DNA of 63,486 nt, filler included, from Octopus bimaculoides (taxonomy: Eukaryota): the NCBI RefSeq assembly GCF_001194135.2. It is 10 parts of 7 records of this genome, joined end to end, with 100 filler letters (N's around TTAATTAATTAA, not from the genome) between each part and the next. Parts side by side here need not be neighbours in the genome. Positions count along the whole stretch, not along the records: positions 20,375 to 30,510 come from NC_068983.1; positions 30,611 to 35,392 come from NC_068981.1; positions 35,493 to 40,506 come from NC_068987.1; 7 more parts are not named here. One strand, written 5' to 3'. Positions 25,416 to 36,463 of this stretch are shown here, piece after piece. The notes below the pieces were generated by a model, which did not search any database, was not told where the DNA came from, and saw only the letters and a program-made list of their open reading frames with translations. The translations under genes and the position numbers were made by a program. How positions within the stretch are numbered: the stretch's first letter is position 1; each line of letters opens with the position of its first letter.

Positions 25416-25965
25416 ATGCAGTACCAAGCGGTGGCTCTCATGGCTTCTGATCTTAATTGATTGGAAGTGTTATCATGTACATTGTTTTGTCTTGGTATAA
25501 AAGATGGGCTACAACAAATATTCTGCTTAATACCAAAGAGTTGCTTGTCAGTTCTTTGACCATAACCAGTTGAGCATGTCCCTTGGTGGCTGATGATATG
25601 TGCATATATGATCATGAGCAGAAGTAGTGGAGAAGCATCATAGCCATGTGTTGAGAGGAATTCTTTGGGATTTGAATAATTCACCTTGGAAACATGGGTG
25701 TTTTGCTCAACATCCTTAAACAAACCTTATTCAGGGACCTTTTGAGCAGGATGGCCTACTCGGCCTAAAGAAAATTCTAACTGGGCTCCACCTGCGAAGT
25801 CATGCGCTATTTATCTTGATATGAGATCACCATGTCGTGCACATATGTTTGTGATGCATGTGCCTGGTGTACCCTTATCAGATAGGTAGTAATGATGTGT
25901 ATAACGGGCTCCGTATATTTTACCCCAGTGTCACTTTGATGGCATGTACTGCTCTCGCACTGAAT
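25416..25965 (+). mobile_element. Repeat family F (about 550 bp, non-coding; probable LINE 3' UTR or non-autonomous element) ending in (AAT)n
   Basis: A second copy lies at 9789-9995. Ends ...ctctcgcactgaataataat. Confidence 0.7.
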
Positions 25966-25978
25966 AATAATAATAATG

Positions 25979-26043
<65 letters not shown>

Positions 26044-26044
<1 letters not shown>

Positions 26045-26283
26045 TATTACTACCTAGCTCAGATACCAGGAAACCCCAAAATGGCTGAAGTCCAAAAGAT
26101 AGTGCTCATGGGAACTGCCCATATCCTACGTAAAATATTGTCTATGTGATCTCANNNNNNNNNNTTCTAACTTGTTGTCTCTTGAGGTCTCTGGGTGAGA
26201 CTTGGATCCAACTTGTACAAATGCAAAACAAAAGTCAAACATAAAATAATAATAATAATAATAATATTAATAATAATAATAAT
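26044..26283 (+). mobile_element. R4/Dong D2 3' end, 5'-truncated, with (AAT)n on both sides
   Basis: YLAQIPGNPKMAEVQKIVLMGTAHILRKILSM*. The UTR aacttgttgtctcttgagg...ttgtacaaatgcaaaacaaaagtcaaacat matches the 24985-25050 end. Confidence 0.85.
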
Positions 26284-26664
26284 AAGAAGAAGAAGAAGAA
26301 GAAGAAGAAGAACAACAACAACAACAACAACGAAGACGGCGACAACGACGACGACGATGACATCAACGAAGACGATGACGATGATGATGATAAAGTCATC
26401 CATCAAAGGCGATATATCAGTGGTCAGCTTCTACCGAACGAACTGCACAAATGCTTTGTTTATAGTGAGCATATGTACGCATTACACATTACCTCACTCC
26501 CTGCATCAAATGAATGGTGCCTGCGCAGATGGACGATTTGAGATGTTCCCAGGATCGAATAATGATACTAGCTATAAATTTTGGACCAAGGTCTGCAAGT
26601 TCTGGAGTTTGGGTGAATCATTTTCATCGACTCCATTGGTCAAATATTATTTATATAGAAGAAT

Positions 26665-26773
26665 GAAAGGCCAAGTCGGCTTCGGTAGAATTCAGACTCA
26701 TAACTTAAAGACGAACGAAATTCTGCTAAGACTCTTGCCCGGCGTACTAACGATTCTGACAGTTCACCGACTT
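26665..26773 (-). mobile_element. SINE family B, 5' half, old
   Basis: gcccggcgtactaacgattctgacagttcaccgactt is the reverse complement of the head. Confidence 0.6.
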
Positions 26774-26989
26774 AATATTACATATAATAAAACACAATAC
26801 ATGTCCTGTCGCCCGTGCTATTACAAGGATTTTTAAAATAACAAATGGGGTTACAATGAGTGACAATCAGTGACACCACACGCAGGCGGACAGAAGTAAA
26901 AAAGTTTTGTTCTAAATTCGCTAGTATATTATTCAATCTAAACTACAAATTCTTATTGTAAATTGTACTATCGTATTGTCATTTCCCCG

Positions 26990-27030
<41 letters not shown>

Positions 27031-27640
27031 NNNNNNNNNNNNNNNNNNNNNNNNNNNNNNNNNNNNNNNNNNNNNNNNNNNNNNNNNNNNNNNNNNNNNN
27101 NNNNNNNNNNNNNNNNNNNNNNNNNNNNNNNNNNNNNNNNNNNNNNNNNNNNNNNNNNNNNNNNNNNNNNNNNNNNNNNNNNNNNNNNNNNNNNNNNNNN
27201 NNNNNNNNNNNNNNNNNNNNNNNNNNNNNNNNNNNNNNNNNNNNNNNNNNNNNNNNNNNNNNNNNNNNNNNNNNNNNNNNNNNNNNNNNNNNNNNNNNNN
27301 NNNNNNNNNNNNNNNNNNNNNNNNNNNNNNNNNNNNNNNNNNNNNNNNNNNNNNNNNNNNNNNNNNNNNNNNNNNNNNNNNNNNNNNNNNNNNNNNNNNN
27401 NNNNNNNNNNNNNNNNNNNNNNNNNNNNNNNNNNNNNNNNNNNNNNNNNNNNNNNNNNNNNNNNNNNNNNNNNNNNNNNNNNNNNNNNNNNNNNNNNNNN
27501 NNNNNNNNNNNNNNNNNNNNNNNNNNNNNNNNNNNNNNNNNNNNNNNNNNNNNNNNNNNNNNNNNNNNNNNNNNNNNNNNNNNNNNNNNNNNNNNNNNNN
27601 NNNNNNNNNNNNNNNNNNNNNNNNNNNNNNNNNNNNNNNN

Positions 27641-27712
<72 letters not shown>

Positions 27713-28232
27713 TAAATATATAGATAGATGATAGATATAGTTATTATGTGAACTATATATATTATGTAACATTTATATCAGCCGTATTTGGAGAGATATA
27801 TATTATGGATAAGCAGTAAAATATCAAAGAAATCGATAAAAAAGAGATGGAAAACTTACACTTAACCCCCGCCTATAGTGTATAAGACTTTCTCAATTTC
27901 ACTGTGCAACAAATGCATTAAACTTCGCATGCATCATTTACCCTATACAGTATCGAGTACATAATACAAAGCAACTGGGATAACATATATTCTATGATAT
28001 CAAGCCTAAAATGAAAGAAAAATTTAGTATTGTAACAAGTTTAATATACAAAATAGAATAAAACTTAACGAGAAAATGTCTCAGATATTTACATTATTTT
28101 TCCTCTCCTTTTTACATTTACAGTATATGAAGTATGGAATACAAGTGATCATAAAAAACATACGGATATGTTATGGATTTTCGTTACAGAATATAATTGA
28201 AAACTACCATGAATATTTTACGTCTACTAAGT

Positions 28233-28445
28233 TACTGAGCTGTCAGAATCGTTAGCACGCCAGTGAATGTGCTTAGCAGCATGTAGTCCGTCTTCATCTT
28301 TAGAGTTCAAATTCCGATGAGGCCAACTTTGCCTTTCATACTTTTGGGGTCGATAAAAATAAATACCAGTCGACGACAGCGGTCGATGTTTTGACTTACA
28401 CCTTTCCCCTAAATTGTTGGTCTTGTGTCAAAGTTTGGAATCAAT
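28233..28445 (+). mobile_element. SINE family B, old
   Basis: ctgagctgtcagaatcgttagcacgcc...gagttcaaattcc...ctttgcctttcatacttttggggtcgataaaa. Confidence 0.75.
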
Positions 28446-28864
28446 ATTTTACCTCTACATATATTCCCTTTACAAAGGAAACGACATTAAGATTTGTATA
28501 AAAAGTAATAGTGATGAGGCAGATGGTAACTGTGTGACACACAAAAATAACAAGATTTATGCTCAGACAGTAAAACATGTTTTGCGAAATGAAAGTAAGG
28601 AGGAAAATTTGCGTGATGCATCATTTTCATGATAATTAATCTATATACGCATAATCTCAATACTCGTTACATGATATTTGTTAAAAAAAATATGACGGAT
28701 TGTTAATATTATATAACAAAAGGAGACATTCTAACAGCTAAAACTGCCATACTAGTGAGACAATTAGAGAAAGTGATGCAGGTGACTTAAACTACTGTGG
28801 CTTTCTAAGACAGACGAAGCAGGGCGTATATATTGGTCTAAAAGTTTTGAGAGAAGAACAGCAA

Positions 28865-29045
28865 TTTCGGAGGAGTGGGTAAGCCGATTACATCGGCCCC
28901 AGATCTCATTTGACAAATAATTTATCGACCGCAAATGAAAGATAAAGTCAACCTCAGCAGAATTTGAACTGCGAACTTAAAGACAGGGGACAAGCCGCTA
29001 TGCATTTTGCACCACGTTCTAATGATTCCGCTAGCTCGCTCCTTC
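28865..29045 (-). mobile_element. SINE family B, old
   Basis: taatttatcgacc...aaagtcaacctcagcagaatttgaact...taatgattccgctagctcgct. Confidence 0.65.
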
Positions 29046-29335
29046 CGAAGACATATACTGTTATAATTTATAAATTTGTAGACAAGTGTAGAAAATAACG
29101 TGATTGAATGTGTCACACGATTACCCATAGAGTATACGTACTGTATTTAGGTGACAGGGACTTGAAATAAATTGATGAATACATTCAGGTCATGTTCGTG
29201 GATAGTGTCTTAAAAGAATATGGAACTCTAATGAATAAAACAAAGGAGAGCTAACAGTATAGCAAATTAATCTCACGCTGTCTTACTTACACTATATACT
29301 TAAGACCACACTTTCTTACTTACTCTATGAATTTA

Positions 29336-29465
29336 AAGCGGCGTGCTGGCAGAATACTTAGCACGCCGTGTAAGATACTTAGCATTAACGTCTTTACCTT
29401 CTCAGTTCACACTTGAGCAAGCTTTGATATGACTTTCATCTTTTCGCAACGATAAAATAAGTAGC
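29336..29465 (+). mobile_element. SINE family B, degenerate
   Basis: aagcggcgtgctggcagaatacttagcacgccg head. Confidence 0.55.
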
Positions 29466-30084
29466 AATTGATTATTGGAGTCATTATATTCGATAACACA
29501 ACTCCCTCGATACTGCTGGCATTGTGCCAAATTTGAAAACCGATTATTCTACGATCCTTTGCAAAATATGATTTCAAAGTACGTATATATTTAACAAAAT
29601 TCAAGACGCACGAATATTCTTGACCGCAAAAGATGACTCGGTTAATTTGTTCACGAGGGGATATTTGTTTTAATTGTAACAAATGAGATTTCTAGGAAAG
29701 AAGCAAGCCTAAACATTGATAGTAAATGCATTATCCTTTTTCGGCGTGAATATTTCAATCCTATTTGCTTTTAGACTCTAATATCCGAGGGAGAAATATC
29801 AACTTCTGCAACTTTTGAAATTCGAATGTAAACAGAATTTTTATTTGTGGCATTTAGACTTACGGTTTACAGGTTTGACGTTGATAATATATTCTGTTAA
29901 TAGTATTACTTATAATATAAGGGCTATGAGTAATAGATTGATTCATTTTCGTTACATATATACATTTCTGTACTTACAAACATACAGATACGTACTAGAA
30001 ATTCTAAATATATATACATACATATATACATACATACATAAATACACATATATATATATATACATATGTGTGTATGTCTTTGTT

Positions 30085-30128
<44 letters not shown>

Positions 30129-30394
30129 TGTGTGTATTTGGAGTTGTGTGCGCGTGTGTGTATGTATGTCAGTATTTTATTTTCAAAGGCTGTAGCATGG
30201 TGGGGTACCGCCATATATGTATACATGTATTATGTATACATGTGTTATGGCTGAAACACATAAATAAATAAATATATATATATCTACTCATGCAAACATA
30301 ATACAAGCGCACATACATGGCTGAAAACCCATGAAAATAAAAAGACACATTGACATACACACACATATGTATGTATATGCATATATATATTCAA

Positions 30395-30437
<43 letters not shown>

Positions 30438-30610
30438 TATATACATATATATACATATATATATATACATATACATATATATATACATACATATATATAT
30501 ATACATATATNNNNNNNNNNNNNNNNNNNNNNNNNNNNNNNNNNNNNNNNNNNNTTAATTAATTAANNNNNNNNNNNNNNNNNNNNNNNNNNNNNNNNNN
30601 NNNNNNNNNN

Positions 30611-30953
30611 GGTACTTAATTTATTGACCCCGAAAGGATGAAAGGCAAATCGACCTCGGTGGAATTTGAACTCAAAACGTAAAGACAGATGAAATACCGC
30701 TAAGCATTTCGCCCGGCGTGCTAACGTTTCTTATTTCTTTATTGCCCACAGGGAGCTAAACATAGAGGGGGGACAAACAAGGACAGACAAAAGGGATTAA
30801 GTCGATTACATCGACCCCAGTGCGTAACTGGTACTTAATTTATCAACCCCGAAAGGTTGAAAGGCAAAGTCGACCTGGGCGGAATTTGAACTCAGAACGT
30901 CGCGGCAGACGAAACACCGCTAAGCCTGTCGCCCGGCGTGCTAACGTTTCTGC
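30611..30953 (-). mobile_element. SINE family B dimer, second locus
   Basis: Same junction gtgctaacgtttct|tatttctttattgcccaca at 30731/30732 as at 6210/6211. Confidence 0.85.
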
Positions 30954-31150
30954 TATTGTCGTTACAGTTAACATTCTAGTTAAGCTGCTGCTTCTCTGTC
31001 TGTTACAATTGCTACTGCTGTTACAGTTGATGCTGTGACAATTACTACAGATATTTTACTGTTTAATAAATGCAACAACGCCATTTCAGTGACAACTCTT
31101 CCTTTCACACTTTCAAAATCATTCTTTCACTAGATCTTCTCTTCTTCCTT

Positions 31151-31187
<37 letters not shown>

Positions 31188-31199
31188 TTGCTATCTCGC

Positions 31200-31347
31200 T
31201 CTCTATATCTATCTATTTATCGATCTATCTACCTATCTCTGTCTCTCTCTTTTTCTCTCTCTTTCTATCTATCTATTTATCTATCTACCTACCTATCCTT
31301 TTATTTTCTCTCTCTTTCTATCTCTCTATCTATTTTTATCAATCTGT

Positions 31348-31386
<39 letters not shown>

Positions 31387-31387
31387 C

Positions 31388-31486
<99 letters not shown>

Positions 31487-31487
31487 C

Positions 31488-31561
<74 letters not shown>

Positions 31562-31580
31562 GTTTGCCTGTCTGTCTATC
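31200..31580. repeat. (TCTA)n tetranucleotide array
   Basis: Directly visible. Confidence 0.95.
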
Positions 31581-31989
31581 TCTTTCTCTTGCACTCATGC
31601 ACTTACACACTTTTTCATACATCCATAATAAATAAAAACATGCATAATAAACACACGCTATTTATTTCCTCTCTCAACCAATATTTCTCCATCTCTACCG
31701 CTGTGTATCAATACGCGCATGCTCGTACGTGAATGAATATGTATGTGTGTGTGTGCGCGCGCATGCGTGTGTGCGTATGAGTGTGAGTACGTATCTGTGT
31801 GACAGCCAGCATAGTTTCTGTATGAGATTTACCATTTTCTTTCTAAATCTTGGGTCTATTTCTTTGATATTCACTCGCCATTTCTCTTCCATTTCTCATC
31901 TATATCTTCCCGTAACTCATTTATTCTCCTACATACACAAACGTTCTTTATTCATCCTTTTATATCATACGCGTACATACGTCCATACC

Positions 31990-31992
31990 GTG

Positions 31993-32032
<40 letters not shown>

Positions 32033-32685
32033 ACACACGCAGACGCGCGCGCGTGTGTGAATGCGTGTGTTTGTGTGTGCGTGTGTATGTGTGTTTGTGC
32101 ATTCGTGTGTGTGTGTATCTGTGTGTGAATGCTTGTGCGTCTGTGTATGTGTGTGTGTGCGTGTGTGTGTGTGCATATGCGTGTGTATGTGTGTATGTGT
32201 GTATGTGTGTGTATGTGTGTGAATGTGTGTGTACGTGTGCGTGTGTATGTGTGTATGTGTGAGTGTGTGCGTGTGTGTGTATGTGTGTGTGTGCAAGTGT
32301 GCGTGCGCGTGTGCATGTATGTATGAGTGCGGGTGTCTGTGCGTATGTGTGAGTGTGGGCGTGTGTGCGTCTGCGTGCCCGTGTGTATGTGTGCGTGTGT
32401 GTGTGTATGTGTGCGTGTGTGCGTGTATGAATGCGTGTGTGTGTATGTGTGTGTATATGCGTATGTGCTTGTGTGTGTGTAAATGAGTGTGTGGATGAGT
32501 GCGTGTGGATAAGTGTGTGTGTATGTGTATGCATGGGTGTGTATATGCGTGTGCATTTGTGTATGTATGTGAATGTGTGTGTATGTGTGTGCGTGTGTGT
32601 GAATGTGTGAGTGTGTGCGTGTTTGTGTATCTGGTGTGTGTGTATATGTATGTGTATGTGTCTATGCATGTGTGTGTACTTGTAT
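31990..32685. repeat. About 700-bp cryptic alternating purine-pyrimidine (TG/CG/TA) array
   Basis: Directly visible; it generates the His/Thr and Val/Cys pseudo-ORFs. Confidence 0.9.
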
Positions 32686-32691
32686 GAGGAT

Positions 32692-32856
32692 GTCTTTCGT
32701 CTTATATCATTTACTTCTTTCAGTCATTGGATTGCAGCCATGCTGGAGCACCGTCTTAAAGGGTTCGTCGAACTGATGGAGTCTCTACCCAAGCACTTAT
32801 TTTTAAAGCTGGTACTTATTCATTTATTTGTTCCCTTTTGTCGAACCGCTACGTCA
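32692..32856 (-). mobile_element. SINE family A, 3' half
   Basis: ttcagtcattggattgcagccatgctggagcaccg...ttttgtcgaaccgcta. Confidence 0.7.
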
Positions 32857-33088
32857 CTGGAATCGAGTTCTCAAGCGGTGTTGTAGGAGAAACACAGGCA
32901 TATAACACACACACACACACACAAAGACACATACACACAAAGACACACACACACACACATATATATATATGCACACACGCGCACATATGCATATACATAT
33001 ATATTTATACACATATACACACACGTGTATGTGAGTGTATATGTATGTATACGTGTTTGTGTGTGCGTGTGTGTGTGCGAGTGACATA

Positions 33089-33490
33089 GACGCAGGCGTA
33101 GCTGTGTGGTAAGAAGATTGCTTCCCAACCACATGGTTTCGGGTTCAGTCCCACTGCGTGCTACCTATGGTAAATGTCTTCTACCATAGCTTCGAGCTGA
33201 TCAAAGCCTTGTGAATGGATTTGGTAGAAGGAAACTGAAAGAATCCCGTCATGTGTGTGTATTTATGTGTATCAGTGATTGTCCCTCACCCACCCACTAT
33301 TGCTTGAATTGATGTGTTTATGTCCCCGTAACTTAGCGGTTCGGTAAAGGAGAGCGATAGAGTAGGTACTAGGCTTACAAAGAACAACTCCTGGGGTTGA
33401 TTACTTCGGCTAAAACCCTTTAAGCTGTTGCTCAAGCGTGGCCGCAGTCAAATTGATTGATACAAGTGAAAGAATAAAAGAAAGAAATAA
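33089..33490 (+). mobile_element. SINE family A, full length, moderately diverged
   Basis: gacgcaggcgtagctgtgtggtaag...gggttcagtccc...ggatttggtagaaggaaactgaaagaa...gtaacttagcggttcgg...ggccgcagtcaaa and A-rich tail. Confidence 0.9.
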
Positions 33491-33642
33491 AATAATTTAT
33501 ATAACACACAAACACACATAAACATTCAGAAACACACACACACACACACACATGGCCAAATGCATATGCAAATAAGTATTCATACGGACACACATGTACT
33601 CATGCGTACAGAGGATATACATATACACCCAGACCATCACCG

Positions 33643-33690
<48 letters not shown>

Positions 33691-34070
33691 GCACACACAC
33701 ACACACATTCAAACGGATACCTACATAGGGATACAAACGCTTACAGACAGATATACGCAAAACAGGAAGAGATCAGCCTATATTAAAGAAAAACGCATAA
33801 CTAATAAATAGATAATAACAGGATTAACGAACTAGAAAGAACGCTTACTAAACCCCATTTATGCCTGGAAGTCACCCTACATCCAGTCTGTCACAGCAAC
33901 AAAGGATTCATTTTTATCAATTGAGACACCCTGACGTCTACCAAGAGACTTGTTCCAAGTTCAGTTCTAGAGACTACAATGAAGAGATTTACCAAACTGA
34001 ATTAATCAGGCCAGGGTCTTTTCAGAATCAAAGACTATCTTACTGTGAATCACATATGATAGAAAAACGC

Positions 34071-34127
<57 letters not shown>

Positions 34128-34785
34128 TTTGTAGTGGTGTTGGAATAATAGAATCTTAGCAGAAGAAGTTTCAGAATGTCTTTTAAGGTTTCTTAAAGAT
34201 AAACAATTTCATAAATAAATAGTGACGAATCCCGATTGAGGCCTTTATGCGGAGAATAAAAATTCGGTGTCGGNNNNNNNNNNNNNNNNNNNNNNNNNNN
34301 NNNNNNNNNNNNNNNNNNNNNNNNNNNNNNNNNNNNNNNNNNNNNNNNNNNNNNNNNNNNNNNNNNNNNNNNNNNNNNNNNNNNNNNNNNNNNNNNNNNN
34401 NNNNNNNNNNNNNNNNNNNNNNNNNNNNNNNNNNNNNNNNNNNNNNNNNNNNNNNNNNNNNNNNNNNNNNNNNNNNNNNNNNNNNNNNNNNNNNNNNNNN
34501 NNNNNNNNNNNNNNNNNNNNNNNNNNNNNNNNNNNNNNNNNNNNNNNNNNNNNNNNNNNNNNNNNNNNNNNNNNNNNNNNNNNNNNNNNNNNNNNNNNNN
34601 NNNNNNNNNNNNNNNNNNNNNNNNNNNNNNNNNNNNNNNNNNNNNNNNNNNNNNNNNNNNNNNNNNNNNNNNNNNNNNNNNNNNNNNNNNNNNNNNAACC
34701 TAAAAAAAATCGTAGAAACTTCCACTAAGAAGCCTTAATTTTTCTAAGATACCCAAGGCATCAAAAGTGCTTCAAATCAAAACAC

Positions 34786-35174
34786 GTTGTTGTTGGCACT
34801 CCGTCGCTTACGACGTCGAATGTTCCAGTTGATCCGATCAACGAAACAGCCTGCTCGTGAAATTAACGTGCAAGTGGCTGAGCACCCCACAGACACGTGT
34901 ACCCTTAACGTAGTTCTCGAGGATATTCAGCGTGACACAGTGTGACAAGGCTGACCCTTTGAATTAAAGGCACAACAGAAACAGGAAGTAAGAGTGAGAG
35001 AAAGTTGTGGTGAAAGAGTACAGCAGGGTTCGCCACCCTGCCCCCTGCCGGAGCCTCGTGGAGCATTAAGTGTTTTCGCTCAATAAACACTCACAATGCC
35101 CGGTCTGGGAATCGAAACCGCGATCCTACGATCGCGAATCCACTGCCCTAACCACTGGGCCATTGCGCCTCCAC
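34786..35174 (-). mobile_element. SINE family C, full length, young
   Basis: tRNA-like head gtggaggcgcaatggcccagtggttagggcag...ggtttcgattccc; tail ...cgtcgtaagcgacggagtgccaacaacaac. Confidence 0.9.
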
Positions 35175-35559
35175 TTAAGTCAAAACACTAAAGGGACAAC
35201 AAAACAACAAGCTAAACCCCACAACAAAAACAGAAAGCCGAAAAACACCAACAACAATCCTAAAATATAGGATGATTTCTTAGCGGCAAATAATTGTGAG
35301 AAGACAATAATGAAACAGCTATAATGAAACTGTATATCCGAGTTGTACTACCGTTATATGATCTTAGTATAAACATGCTTTAATTCATTCGGNNNNNNNN
35401 NNNNNNNNNNNNNNNNNNNNNNNNNNNNNNNNNNNNTTAATTAATTAANNNNNNNNNNNNNNNNNNNNNNNNNNNNNNNNNNNNNNNNNNNNCGGTCAGC
35501 CATTGTTATGATCGGCCATTATTATGATTGACCGTTGACTGAACACTAATCAATTTTTT

Positions 35560-35714
35560 TTCTCCGTGTTTTTCTCCTTGTCTCCGTATTCTTTCTGTTG
35601 AAGAGCGTAGCTCGAAACGTCAAAGACTTTCCGTATTCCCGAGCGTCATACTAATATATACTTTTGTTATTTACACCACCTGTCCTCGTCTGTTGTTATT
35701 ATTTGTATATTCTC

Positions 35715-35716
<2 letters not shown>
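35560..35716 (+). mobile_element. Short Penelope-pLTR-like element with minimal hammerhead-like motif (35590-35626)
   Basis: TCTTT-CTGTTGA-A-GAGC-GTA-GCTC-GAAA-CG-TC-AAAGA; ends at (TA)n. Confidence 0.6.
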
Positions 35717-35745
<29 letters not shown>

Positions 35746-35749
<4 letters not shown>

Positions 35750-35960
35750 GTTCAAACAAGAAAAATGACGAAAAATACAACAAAAAACAACAACGCAAGC
35801 ACATGATGCAGATATTGTGTCACTGGACGCTAAGGAAAGGAAAGAAAGAGAATTTGACGTTTCGAGCGGAGCTCTTCGTCGGAAATATAGGAAAGTCAAA
35901 AGAAGGGAATACGGAGGAAGAAAAAAATCACCAACGATATACACGAGGTTACATTGTGGA
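35746..35960 (-). mobile_element. Short Penelope-pLTR-like element with minimal hammerhead-like motif (35852-35887)
   Basis: Minus strand: ATTT-CCGACGA-A-GAGC-TCC-GCTC-GAAA-CG-TC-AAAT; ends at the same (TA)n. Confidence 0.6.
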
Positions 35961-36463
35961 ATGACCGGAAGGGAAATGGTGGATAAAAGTTCTTTCTAAG
36001 ACAGGAGAGTGCAAGAGAGGGAGGTATGTATGTGTGCGTGCGCGCGGCTCTGTGTGTGTGTTTGTGTGTGTAATAACAGCACGTGTATGTGCGTATGTGT
36101 GTGTGTGTATGTGTGTGGTTTGGCTGTTTATCTGTTAGTGTGTGTGTGTGTATGTATCTGACAAAAGGAACAAGGAACGCAGCTCCAGTAACGATCAGTG
36201 TCAACACCCAATGACAAAGTTGCAAAAGCAACGAAAATTCTGGAAGAAACCATATTTATGCTTTTATTCTTTTATTTGTTTCAGTCATGTGACTGCGACC
36301 AAATGAATGGAAATCGAATCGGTGTGTTAGATAACAAGACATTACGACAATAGGACACTCCTCAGACAAAGCAATATATAATATATATATATATGCATAC
36401 ATATATATATATATATACGTACGCACACACACATACTCATATATATACATACATAGTTACATA

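Noticed and set aside
28414-28632. 72-aa ORF with an acceptor-like tacaaag
   Set aside because: No recognisable motif, no compatible donor before the stop, and its 5' part overlaps a SINE-B tail.
31729-32669. His/Thr-rich and Cys/Val-rich ORFs suggesting metal-binding proteins
   Set aside because: Translations of (CA)n/(TG)n microsatellites; no codon or splice evidence.
34786-35174. SINE heads as genuine tRNA genes
   Set aside because: A/B boxes are present, but each continues into a family-specific body repeated in the window and lacks a complete acceptor stem.
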